The notes: a model not told the origin generated them from the letters alone. A stretch of 64,000 nucleotides of DNA from an uncultured Acidobacteriota bacterium (GCA_963828465.1 CAWHEU010000025.1:96001-160000), one strand, 5' to 3'; counted from the first letter of the stretch, positions 10,033-19,567 are shown. Translations and numbers: made by a program.

Positions 10033-10105
10033 GCCCTCGTAGCTCAGGGGATAGAGCACCGGTTTCCTAAACCGGGTGTCGCAGGTTCGAATCCTGCCGA
10101 GGGCG
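10033..10105 (+). tRNA. tRNA-Arg (anticodon CCT)
   Basis: Full cloverleaf: acceptor GCCCTCG/CGAGGGC, D-arm GCTC/GAGC, anticodon stem CCGGT/ACCGG with loop TTCCTAA, T-arm GCAGG-TTCGAAT-CCTGC; CCA not encoded. Confidence 0.97.
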
Positions 10106-10206
10106 CCGAACCCCGGTTTGCCTTGTATTCATTGACTATCTGGCGCATACAGTCGATGTCTTCCGGCCCTGGTGAATCCCCGTGGCGCAGTTCGTAGAGT
10201 TCAACG

Positions 10207-10752
10207 ATGGCGTCAAATGAGCGACGCACCGCCGGTCTCCTCCTGGTCTCGGGGTTCGGATTTCTTATGGTCGCTGCTGTCCTGTTCACGGGAGGACCAG
10301 GCGGACCAGCCTTGCCTGAATGGCAGAGCCTTGCCCTTGGCTTGGGATTGGTCGTGACGTTGTTCGGTTTGGCCACATTCGAACTTGTCGTCCGTGACGC
10401 CGGAGAGCGCGTTCTGGGGCGACTGGGAACGATCGCTTTCCTTCTTGGGTGTGTTTCGTGGATCGTTGCGGATGCCGTCGCACTGGGCGGGCTGCCATGG
10501 ATATTCGAACTCGAACGGAACTACGTGGTGCTGGCCTGCTTTGCCCAGGTGGCCTTGGGCTGGGCAATTCTTCGCACCGAAGTCCTCCCCCGCTGGCTCG
10601 GTCGGGCAGCCATCGGGTGGAGCGTGGTCTGGGCTGCCCTCTACGTCAGCCGGATTGTGGAGGCGCCACTCCCTCTCAACCTGATCACTTTCCTTTTTGG
10701 CCTCTCGCTCCTCCGTCCCTGGCCATCCAGACCCCGGACGACGCAGGATTGA
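10207..10752 (+). CDS. Membrane protein (DUF4386-like), unit 1 cargo
   Basis: 181 aa, 5-6 TM helices, LGWAILRTEVLPRWLG motif. Confidence 0.7.
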   Translation: MASNERRTAGLLLVSGFGFLMVAAVLFTGGPGGPALPEWQSLALGLGLVVTLFGLATFELVVRDAGERVLGRLGTIAFLLGCVSWIVADAVALGGLPWIFELERNYVVLACFAQVALGWAILRTEVLPRWLGRAAIGWSVVWAALYVSRIVEAPLPLNLITFLFGLSLLRPWPSRPRTTQD

Positions 10753-10908
10753 ATAACGCGATCCGGCCTCACGCCCGATCTGGGGTAGATGGGCCAACCC
10801 GGGGCAGCCCATTTTCGAAATGGGGTCAACCATCCTTGGCCTGCCGGAGGTGTTTGGTTGTCCGGATCACCCCGACCAGACGGCCTCGGCGGCGTAAGGT
10901 GCGACAGG

Positions 10909-11987
10909 ATGGAGAATCGGGGATTTCTTCTGATCGCCGATATCACCGGATACACGGTTTACCTAAGCCAATCCGAACTCGCGGCATGCCCAGGGAACGC
11001 TCAGCCAGCTGCTTCGAGCTGCTGATCGAACACACCCGACCGCCGCTTCAGATATCGAGCCTGGAGGGAGATGCCGTCTTGAGCTACGCGGTCGGAGGCT
11101 GGCTTCGTCAGCGGCCAGACCTTCATCGAGAGTATCGAGAGCACTTACATCAGCTTCCGCAGAGCGATCGAGCTCATGGTTCTCAACAACACCTGTCGAT
11201 GTAACGCCTGTGCCAATGTCTCCTCACTCGACGTCAAGTTCCTCGTGCATAACGGGCCGTTCGTGATCCAACGCGTCGGCAACACGGCCCAGTTGTTGGG
11301 CAACGACATCAACCTCATCCACCGGCTGCTCAAGAACTCGGTGACGGCCGACACCGGAATTCGGGCCTATCTTCTCTGCACCGATGCGGCGATCAGAGTC
11401 CTGGGAATCGACCCGGCTTCTGAAGCCATGACCCGCCACCAGGAGACGGTCACCGATCTGGGAGACGTCTCCGTCTGGGTCAAGGACATGCACCCGGTGT
11501 ACCAGGCGAGGAGGGACGAGCGGCAGGTCACCTACACAGAGAAAGAGGTCTTGACCACTCTCGAAGCCGAGATCGCGATGCCGAGGGAACTGGTGTGGGA
11601 TTATCTCAACCAGTCCGAATTCCGCAACCTGGTGATCCAGTCCGACTCCTACGAGGTTCTCGACCGCGAGGCCGGCAAGGTCGGCCCCGGCAGCACGTAT
11701 CAGTGTTATCACGGGAAGATGGTCGTTCCTCAATTGGTCGTCGAGTGGCGGCCCTTCGAGCGGGTGCTGCTGAGCCAGCGACTTCCCTTCAAGGGGCGGC
11801 CCGTCCATGTGCTCATCGACTTCCGACTAACGCCGACCGAGGTTGGAACTCGGCTGACCGAGACCCGCCGCCCGGGTCTCCGGACCCGCGGCGAAACGCT
11901 TGTTCGCGCGGCTGTTCATCCGCAGCCAGCGCCAACGCAGCCAGCGCAGCCTCAACGACTTCCAGGACCAGATCCAGGGTGATCTAG
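10909..11987 (+). pseudogene. DUF2652 + SRPBCC protein, frameshifted (pseudogene or sequencing errors)
   Basis: MENRGFLLIADITGYTVYL, LEGDAVLSY, TCRCNAC, LLGNDINLIHRLLKN and a C-terminal SRPBCC domain spread over different frames. Confidence 0.75.
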
Positions 11988-12005
11988 CGGCTCATCAAGC
12001 CATCG

Positions 12006-12389
12006 CTAGCTCGGGAAACGGCTGAAGCCGGCCCGGTGGTTCGGTTCCACTCGGAGCAAGGCGTCGGCATTGGGCAGGTCACGCATGGTGGCGATGTAGT
12101 TCTCGGTCGGCTCGCCGTAGACCTCGAAGCCGATAGGTTCCAGGTAGTCGTAGGCAGTTCGGGCCCGGGCGACGGCGCCCTCCATGTGGGCGTCCATGGC
12201 GTCTGCATCGGCGAAAATGTGAACGATGCTGACCATTGTTCCCGCCTCGTTGGCGTAGAAGTTCTGGAAGACCGTTCTGGGCTTTTCCGCCTCGAGATCA
12301 GGCAGCACCTGGTCCACACTGCTCCACAACTCGCCCTCGCGCCCCTCCTTGATGTGAAAGTGGCTGATGTAGACAATTGGTCCAGACAT
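12006..12389 (-). CDS. Hypothetical protein, ABM/dimeric alpha-beta barrel-like
   Basis: IVYISHFHIKEG...SIVHIFADADAMDAHM...EVYGEP. Confidence 0.7.
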   Translation of the reverse strand: MSGPIVYISHFHIKEGREGELWSSVDQVLPDLEAEKPRTVFQNFYANEAGTMVSIVHIFADADAMDAHMEGAVARARTAYDYLEPIGFEVYGEPTENYIATMRDLPNADALLRVEPNHRAGFSRFPS

Positions 12390-12589
12390 GACTGCGAAGC
12401 TAGTGCGAGGGACCTCGAGCGCGTCCATGCACCGCTAGGCCCCAGATAGAAACTGAGCGGCTTCATTCCAATGAACCAGGTCAGGTCCTTCAGCTCACCG
12501 CGTCGGTGATTTGCCTAAACGGAGCGGTCAGTAAGACCACGAAATGAAGAACCAGGCCGTCCGGCCCTTCTGCTTCACAGGTTGCATCA

Positions 12590-12636
12590 GCGCGCCCGGG
12601 GCGACTCGAACACCCAACCTCCTGATCCGTAGATCT
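12590..12636 (-). repeat. 3' half of a tRNA-Arg(ACG) in inverted orientation (att-site remnant)
   Basis: Reverse complement gatctACGgatcaggaggttgggtgttcgagtcgccccgggcgcgc gives anticodon loop, T-arm (GGGTG-TTCGAGT-CGCCC) and acceptor 3' strand; no 5' half. Confidence 0.75.
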
Positions 12637-12846
12637 CCAAGCCCTGTCCATGTGTGTCCATGAGCGTCGGCAGAGCCAGAAGCAACGGCCATCGCTTCCA
12701 CCTGCATCCACGGCGGTCCTCGGCGATCCAGAGCGGATGGATCCCGACCATGACCGATTTCGAGATCATCGAAGCTGGGGTCGCCGCCCTGTATTCGGGC
12801 GACGCCGACACCCGTCAGTTTGCCCGTTATCGTCGGTCGTAGGGAG

Positions 12847-13320
12847 GTGCCTGTGATCGAGTATCAGGGTGAAACAATCATCGAACGCCCCGTGGATCAG
12901 GTGTTCGCCTACGCCGCCGCCTACAAGAACCTTCCTGAATGGTCTGATGTGTCTGACGTCGCCATGCTCACCGATGACCCGGTGGGTCAGGGCTCCCGGC
13001 TCAGGATGACGATGGGGAAGGGACCAATGCGAGCCACCCTCGACTTCGACATCGCCGCATGGGAGCCGAATCAGACCTGGAGCTACACAACTGTGCCTCC
13101 CGCCTGGATTCTTTGGGATGCCACGTATTCGGTGGAGCCGATCAGTCCCACCCCGACTCGAATCACCACTCACGGCCAGATCACGCTGAAAGGCTGGAGG
13201 CGCATCCTCGAGCCTCTGGTCCGCGGCGAAGTCGGCAAGAACGAGCAGCTCGAGCTCGACAAACTCAAGACAATCATCGAGCAACTGCCAAGCCCAGAAA
13301 CCGACGACCAAGGAAGCTAA
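12847..13320 (+). CDS. SRPBCC (polyketide cyclase-like) protein
   Basis: IERPVDQVFAYAAAYKNLPEW...DKLKTIIE; start approximate. Confidence 0.8.
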   Translation: MPVIEYQGETIIERPVDQVFAYAAAYKNLPEWSDVSDVAMLTDDPVGQGSRLRMTMGKGPMRATLDFDIAAWEPNQTWSYTTVPPAWILWDATYSVEPISPTPTRITTHGQITLKGWRRILEPLVRGEVGKNEQLELDKLKTIIEQLPSPETDDQGS

Positions 13321-13443
13321 AGGACGCTGCTCCGGCTTGGCTGTAACGTTTACCGACAAGGGTCGGGAGTCTGCTGAAAACGCGTCGTTGACACCTCGCG
13401 AGCTGGCGGACATTTGCGGACCGCCGGTCCAATCTCCCGTTCG

Positions 13444-13615
13444 AAATTGAGCACCGGAACGCGCCGACTCTAGAGAACGCGAAAAGCCTATGTTCATTGG
13501 GGATTTCGGGTGTTTAGAGGCCCGAATACAGAGCGTGTTTCCTAAACCGGGTGTCGCAGGTTCGAATCCTGCCGAGGGCACCGAACCCTTGCTTTCCCAT
13601 GGCCAGTCATTGACT
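13444..13615 (+). repeat. att-like junction copy 2 (left arm + tRNA-Arg 3' half + right box)
   Basis: ttgagcaccggaac...tgttcattgg...gtttcctaaaccgggtgtcgcaggttcgaatcctgccgagggc (13537-13579)...gtcattgact. Confidence 0.92.
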
Positions 13616-13707
13616 TTCGTGGGCTGGGCTTGTCGAGGGCAGCCACCGTTCAAGCGACGTGGCGCCTCACGTTGCGCTTACGTAACGGCTATGCGGCAAC
13701 CTGAGGG

Positions 13708-14959
13708 CATGAGGGAAAGCGCTGAGCGGCCGGCGAGCCCGACACATCCGACCGCGCCCATCGCACGCGGTGACCCTGGGAATGGTGTTCGGGCAACACC
13801 GAACCGGCCTTGGATCTGGGTGGCCGCTGCTCTCCTTCTCATCGTTGGCGTCTCATTCTTTCTCTACCTGCTGGCCGACTCCGACTATCGTGGGGAAGAG
13901 ACGCAATGGCCCTTGGGACTCGCCGCGCTCGTGTTCGTCGTGGTCGGCGCACTGTTGGTCGCCCTATGGACCGGCGGCCACCGGGTGGGCTGGATCCTTT
14001 CAGCCACCGGTCTTGCGTTGCTCATCAGCGGGGCAGCCGGGCTCCAGGCCGATGAGGGTGACCTGGTTGGCGAGGCCGTCGGTGGGGCGTGGCTGACGTG
14101 GTTCTTTCTGGTCGGCCTTCTCATGTATGGTTTCCGACCCGGGCATCCGGTGTCGCCTCGGTGGCGCTGGATCGCTTGGATGGGCGTCATCGGCGAGGGT
14201 TTCAGTCTCACCTATGTTGTTAGCGACCAACTGTGCGTCGAACACGGGGACGAAGCCTGTCTTGGCATGGGCGGACAACCCAATCGGCATCCAGAGCATG
14301 CCAAACCCGGAAAAACGGACCCTTGGCCGAATTGACCTTCCTGTTGATAGCTCTTTTTGCGATCTTGGCCGCGGTCTCTCAGGTGGTCCGGTACGTACGT
14401 TCCCGGGGGGTGGAGCGGCTCCAGATCAAGTGGTTCGCCTTCGCCGTCATCAGCGTCTTTGCGTTGATGTTGGTGGAAGGCGCCCTGCGAGATGTGCTCC
14501 CGCTCTCCCGACACTGGTCTGGGACCTACTCCTCGGCTCTGGCAGTTTCCGCACTGCCAGTCGCCATCGGCGCATCGGTGATGCGCTACGGGCTGTATGA
14601 GATCGATCGGATCATTTCTCGCACGGTACTCCTACGCGATCGTGATAGCCGTACTCGGATGGGTGTACCTAGCTGGCCTGACCGCACTCAGCTCACTGCT
14701 CCCTGCTGAATCGCCGCTGGCAGTGGCCGCCTCGACATTGGCGATAGCCGCATTGTTCAACCCCTTGCGCAAACGCGTCCAAGATTGGGTCGATCGCCGC
14801 TTCAATCGATCGCGCTTCGACGCCGAGCGGGTCATGACCCGGTTCGCCGAGTCCCTTCGGGATGAGGTCGATCCCGAGGCGGTCCTTGCTGGATGGGTCT
14901 CCGTGGTTTCGGAGACGATGCGCCCATCCACGAGCGCAGTGTGGGTTAGGGGCTCATGA
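13708..14959 (+). pseudogene. Multi-TM sensor-like membrane protein without output domain, frameshifted; sole cargo of unit 2
   Basis: Three overlapping frames give SPRWRW, RSRGVERLQIKWF, RYGLYEIDRIISRT, LFNPLRKRVQDWVDRRFNR. Confidence 0.7.
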
Positions 14960-15079
14960 AGGCGGTGCTCCCGTGGCTCCCGAGACGTCGAATCCGCTCA
15001 GATTCGATCAGTCAGCGGGGTTTCGCTCGTCGCGGTCGTCGAAAGATTTCTATCGGAATAGGCGCAAGCGGGAGATCAG

Positions 15080-15216
15080 ATTGAGCACCGGAACGTGCGA
15101 ACCTGATAGAGAACGCGAAAACCCCATGTTTATTGGCGTTTTCAGGTGTTTAGAGGCCCGAATACAGAGCAGGTTTCCTAAACCGGGTGTCGCAGGTTCG
15201 AATCCTGCCGAGGGCG
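15080..15216 (+). repeat. att-like junction copy 3
   Basis: Same left arm; tRNA 3' half identical at 15172-15216. Confidence 0.92.
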
Positions 15217-15236
15217 CACGATCCGGGGTAGCGATG

Positions 15237-16121
15237 TCAGCTAGCGGCAGCTACCACATCGAGAATCGCCTCAATGACGAGCTGGGGGTCTGCTTCTTCG
15301 ACCGCGTGCCCTGTGGTCACCACGATCTGCTTCGCACTGGGACTCAACACCAGCCAACCCTTCTGGTCCTCGACATTGGTCTGCTCGCCCGGAAACTCGG
15401 CATTGGGTCCATAGTCATTGGAGATGACCGTCACTGGGATGTCACCGATCTCCGTGCGCCCCGCCCAAGCATCCTTCTCTACCTGGAGGTAGTCCCGCTT
15501 CTCGATGTTGGACGGGCTGTCCCAGGCTGTCAGCTCGACGATCTCCTGCGGCGGGTCAACGAACGGGGATGGCGTCTCGACGAAGACCATGCCCGCCACC
15601 TCGTCGGGATGAGCGAACGCAAATCCAGCGGTGATGTAACCGCCCCCAGAAGTACCCACCAACACGTACGGCCCTTCGACATCAGCCGAATCGAGGAGAG
15701 CCTCGAGATCCCCCACTAGCTCCGACAGGCCGCGTGGTCCCTCAGCAGGATCGCTCCGGCCCAGATTCGCCCGGTCGTATACACAGGTTCGGGTCACGGC
15801 GGCGATATCGACCACGGCGAAGCCGTACGAGCTGCTGGTGTCTTCGTCGCCGCCCTCCATGATCACGGTCGGACTGCCCGACCCCCTGCAGCGGAGATAC
15901 AGGCTCCGCCCGCCGATGTCGACAACTTGGTCGATCTCCCCAACGGTGGATGCAGTCGACATCGTGGTAGACGCAACGGCGGTGATGTCCGGGGTAGAGA
16001 CGGGCTCTTCCGACGAAGACGAATCTGTGCCCTCCTCGGCTGAACAGCCGAGGGACACCAGAAGCGCGAGGCCTGCGAGGCCGAGCGCCGTTCTGCGTCG
16101 ATCGATGCCGGACGCCCTCAA
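15237..16121 (-). CDS. Secreted/lipoprotein alpha/beta hydrolase; sole cargo of unit 3
   Basis: Lipobox-like SLGC, CVYDRANLGRSD, GTSGGG nucleophile elbow, TGHAV. Confidence 0.85.
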   Translation of the reverse strand: MRASGIDRRRTALGLAGLALLVSLGCSAEEGTDSSSSEEPVSTPDITAVASTTMSTASTVGEIDQVVDIGGRSLYLRCRGSGSPTVIMEGGDEDTSSSYGFAVVDIAAVTRTCVYDRANLGRSDPAEGPRGLSELVGDLEALLDSADVEGPYVLVGTSGGGYITAGFAFAHPDEVAGMVFVETPSPFVDPPQEIVELTAWDSPSNIEKRDYLQVEKDAWAGRTEIGDIPVTVISNDYGPNAEFPGEQTNVEDQKGWLVLSPSAKQIVVTTGHAVEEADPQLVIEAILDVVAAAS

Positions 16122-16291
16122 GTCGCCCCAATCCGACCACGGATCGTCTGATTACTCCCCACCAAGATGTCCTCCCTTCACCCGCCCAGGACTGAACCCG
16201 AGTCCGACACCCGCATTCGCAGACGCAGACCGCAAGGTAACTACTAAAGCGCCGCAATGCCGCCTGACGAGTGCGCCTGGTCGTAGTGGAT

Positions 16292-16479
16292 GAGCGCAAC
16301 CGAAACTCCGCACCGGAACTGCCAGACCTGGAATACGCGAAAACCCTATGTTCCCCATGTTCATTGGCGTTTTCGGGTGTTCAGAGGCCCAAATACAAAG
16401 CAGGTTTCCTAAACCGGGTGTCGCAGGTTCGAATCCTGCCGAGGGCGCTGAGCGTGGTTTCCCCTCGTATTCATTGACT
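16292..16479 (+). repeat. att-like junction copy 4
   Basis: Left arm with a small internal duplication; tRNA 3' half at 16403-16447; tattcattgac at 16468. Confidence 0.92.
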
Positions 16480-16578
16480 TCTACGAGTGGGTCCTTGGGC
16501 TGGAGGGATATATCCCGTTGTGGATTCAGGGCGGAGCTTGGGCCGTCACGGCCACTGATCGCTGTGTTCTAATCGGCC

Positions 16579-17136
16579 ATGTCACAAAGGGCCAAAGGGT
16601 TGGCGGTGTCCTTGGGAGGTCTGACCTGGCTGGCGGGCGTTGCGATCCTGGAACTGACCTTCGACTCGTCGTCGGAAGACGACCTGCCGGTCATCTTTCT
16701 ATTGCTGGCAGTGTTTGCTGGCACGGCTGTTGGCTGGGGCTGTTGGAGCGCATCGCCGACTCTCGAACGCAGGCTGAGCCGAGTGGGCCTTAGGAGCGTG
16801 GCCGTGTGTTCGTTCGTCCTCGGGTTGGGGTTCGGATTGGCCTTCGTCCCGGACATGTTCCTGGCGTTCCTGCTCTCGTACAGCATCGGTTTGTTTCTTC
16901 TACCCGTGGCGTTCTTGGTGTTCGGCTTAGGGATTGCCAAGTCGACGGTCTATCCAGGATGGGCGAAATGGCTTCCATTCGTGGTCTTCGCTGTCGCCTT
17001 GATCACATATGGTTTTCACGCCCTGGCGCGCAATGTCTGGGACCCGAGTGACGCTGTTTGGTATACGGCGCTAGGTCTCGGATGGGTAGTCCTCGGGGCC
17101 GCTATCGCCTCCTTCCGAATTCCGAGCCGCGTGTAA
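16579..17136 (+). CDS. Membrane protein (DUF4386-like), unit 4 cargo
   Basis: 185 aa, about 6 TM helices, FGLGIAKSTVYPGWAKW. Confidence 0.7.
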   Translation: MSQRAKGLAVSLGGLTWLAGVAILELTFDSSSEDDLPVIFLLLAVFAGTAVGWGCWSASPTLERRLSRVGLRSVAVCSFVLGLGFGLAFVPDMFLAFLLSYSIGLFLLPVAFLVFGLGIAKSTVYPGWAKWLPFVVFAVALITYGFHALARNVWDPSDAVWYTALGLGWVVLGAAIASFRIPSRV

Positions 17137-17403
17137 GCCAAGGCTCCGATTCAGCGACTACCTACGCGAGATGACACAGCAGCACTCCAGTTGATAAGCG
17201 AAAAGGTCGATGTCGACTGCTAACGCCATTCCATTAGCTCGCTCTCACCTTGTGACCTCTCAGCTCGTGAGCCACCAGCAGATAACGGTCGCAGACGCAT
17301 TTCGGAACAGAGCACGAGATGCCTTCAATGTGCTCTCGGCGGGGATGCCCGCAGTGGTCACAACGCGCCTTTGAAGGGTTCCGTGAAGGGTTTCGTCGTT
17401 CCA

Positions 17404-17787
17404 CTATGAGAGGGTCTGGGACTGTTGGAGGCGTTCGAGATGGTCGCGGTCACGTTGCGTCCGCCGCCTTCTCGACCGGTAGAAAAGGCCGAACAACTCG
17501 GCGAAGACGACGCCGATGAGAATTGCGCCAAGGATGAGGACGATCAAAGGGGTCGAGAAGTCCCATGCCGTGAAGGTCACAGTGATGCTGGCTGTGTTCT
17601 GTGCGGCCAGGATCAGGACACCAATCGCCAACACCACCCCGATGATGAGCCCCCAGAAGAGGCCCGTGCCGACAAAGACCCGCTCTTTGGTTGCCGGTTG
17701 AGCGGTTGTCGAGGGTTCGGCTGTTGCGTCAGATATCAAGACAGTCCGATCACTCACTTCGCTTGAGATCGTGTTCGGCTGGCTCAT
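17404..17787 (-). CDS. LapA/DUF1049 family membrane protein
   Basis: LAAQNTASITVTFTAWDFSTPLIVLIL followed by a basic tail. Confidence 0.8.
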   Translation of the reverse strand: MSQPNTISSEVSDRTVLISDATAEPSTTAQPATKERVFVGTGLFWGLIIGVVLAIGVLILAAQNTASITVTFTAWDFSTPLIVLILGAILIGVVFAELFGLFYRSRRRRTQRDRDHLERLQQSQTLS

Positions 17788-18057
17788 TTCGACCGCGACG
17801 CGATAGGCGGCGGTGGGGTGGGTGACATCGTTATCGGCACAGGGACAAGACGATCAACCCCGATCGGCCACGGTCGTCGATACACGATTTCGGCGAGACG
17901 GGTTTTGAATGTCAACTCGAATCTGTTCCCGGTAAGGGCCACAACAAAGCTCCTTCGTTTGCGATCTACTTGAGAGATTACTTGCAATCTAACTATATGT
18001 CAAATAAGATGCCTGGCCAACACCTGACACACAAGTCCTGAAGGGAGCGCGTAGCGA

Positions 18058-18588
18058 ATGGACGATCGTATTGACAGCATCATTCGGGAGTGGCATGAAC
18101 GTCGGCCCGACCTCGACTTCTCGCCTCTCGAAATCGTGGCTCGAGTGATACGCGCCTCGCACTTCCTTCAAGACAGATTGGACCGGATCGCTGAGGCTTA
18201 CGGTCTGAGCCATACCGGCGACCTCGACGTTCTCACCGATCTCGACCGGGCCGGCCCGCCCCATCAGCGAACACCCTCAGAGCTGGCCGAGACCCTCCTC
18301 CTCACCACGGGAGGCATGACCGTCCGTCTCAACCGTCTGCAAAAGGCCGGGCTCGTCGAACGGCTCCCCAACCCTCGAGACGGCCGAGGTGTCCTAGTGC
18401 GTCTCACCCCGATCGGAAAGGAACTGGCCGAAGATGCCCTGGCCACGCTCCTCGACACCCAAGCGGCCAGCCTTGGAACACTCCAACACTCAGAACAGAT
18501 CGACCTGGCCACCCTGCTCCGAACCCTCCTCACAGCTCTCGGCGACACCCCGGCATTCCGACCCGCCATCGCAGTGCAACGCGGATGA
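18058..18588 (+). CDS. MarR family regulator (TamR/PecS-like)
   Basis: DSIIREWHERRPDLD...TPSELA...GGMTVRLNRL...DGRGVLVRLT. Confidence 0.9.
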   Translation: MDDRIDSIIREWHERRPDLDFSPLEIVARVIRASHFLQDRLDRIAEAYGLSHTGDLDVLTDLDRAGPPHQRTPSELAETLLLTTGGMTVRLNRLQKAGLVERLPNPRDGRGVLVRLTPIGKELAEDALATLLDTQAASLGTLQHSEQIDLATLLRTLLTALGDTPAFRPAIAVQRG

Positions 18589-18633
18589 GCTGAACACGGT
18601 CAAACGACAAAGGCCCCCCGTCGGAATGTCCTC

Positions 18634-18762
18634 AAACCCTATGTTCATTGGCGTTTTCGGGTGTTCAGAGGACCGAACACAGAGCAGGTTTCCTAAACCG
18701 GGTGTCGCAGTTCGAATCCTGCCGAGGGCGCCGACCTCCGTTTTATGTTGTATTCATTGACT
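18634..18762 (+). repeat. att-like junction copy 5
   Basis: Truncated left arm; tRNA 3' half at 18687-18730 (1-bp deletion in T-stem); tattcattgac at 18751. Confidence 0.92.
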
Positions 18763-18852
18763 TTCTGGGGCTGACCTTTGTCAAGGATTCTTGGGGCTGG
18801 TCTCGGCGCTTGGCGGCGCATCATGCGTTAAGAGTCGAGCGGTAGGTTCACC

Positions 18853-19248
18853 ATGATGAAGCTTCTGCGCCTGTTCGCCGACGACAACGGAGAGTCGCAC
18901 TTCGAGGACGTCGAAATAGCGTTTGAGGAAGTCGACGACTACTTCGAGAACACGCCACCAGTGTTGTTCTCCCCCTTCGAAGCCGCCTCTGAGTACGGCT
19001 TTGAGCGTGTTCCGCCGGGGTGGGTCGGATCATGGCATCCGGCACCGCACCGTGTTTTGGCGATCTATCTGTCGGGAGAACTAGAGATTGAAGCTTCTGA
19101 CGGAGAGGTTCGTCCGATTGGGCCCGGGACCATTCTTCTCGCAGAGGACACAACAGGCAAGGGTCATCGGAACCGTGTGACGAGCCCTACCGAGTTGGAG
19201 ATGGTCTTCATAACACTCCCAGACGGGGCGGCAAACGACCGCTCATAA
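18853..19248 (+). CDS. Cupin-fold protein; sole cargo of unit 5
   Basis: DNGESHFED, WHPAP, GELEIEASDG, EDTTGKGH. Confidence 0.85.
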   Translation: MMKLLRLFADDNGESHFEDVEIAFEEVDDYFENTPPVLFSPFEAASEYGFERVPPGWVGSWHPAPHRVLAIYLSGELEIEASDGEVRPIGPGTILLAEDTTGKGHRNRVTSPTELEMVFITLPDGAANDRS

Positions 19249-19347
19249 CGACCTGATTCTTCGACTCTTCTTGGGGAATCCCGAGATTCCTTGTCGTGTA
19301 AGGGTGGGCTCGGACGCCTTCAGAGTCGAGCAGCGTCAGACTGGAAG

Positions 19348-19505
19348 GAGCGCAACTGAAACTGAGCACCGGAACGCGCCCAACCTAGAGAACGCGAAAA
19401 CCCCATCTTCATTGGCGTTTTCGGGAGTTTAGAGGCCCAAATACAGAGCAGGTTTTCCTAAACCGGGTGTCGCAGGTTCGAATCCTGCCGAGGGCGCCGA
19501 ACCCC
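19348..19505 (+). repeat. att-like junction copy 6
   Basis: Full left arm; tRNA 3' half at 19451-19496 (one extra T); followed by ccgaacccc as after the intact tRNA. Confidence 0.92.
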
Positions 19506-19567
19506 ATCGATCAAGAATCGAAGCGCCCCTTCCTTCTCCCTTCAATGACTAAAAGCAAGGGTAAGTT

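Noticed and set aside
13490-18760. Repeated peptide MFIGVFGC..RIQSRFPKPGVAGSNPAEG in several predicted ORFs
   Set aside because: It is the translation of the non-coding arm + tRNA repeat; the frame is broken in copies 5 and 6 and the downstream sequences are unrelated.
18829-19331. agagtcga direct and inverted 8-10-bp repeats around the cupin gene
   Set aside because: Too short and not found around other cassettes; could be chance.
13537-19496. Additional tRNA-Arg genes
   Set aside because: The copies lack the 5' acceptor strand and D-arm; only 10033-10105 forms a full cloverleaf.
10062-19496. CRISPR array
   Set aside because: Spacers are 0.7-3.5 kb and gene-bearing, the repeat is tRNA-derived, and there are no cas genes.
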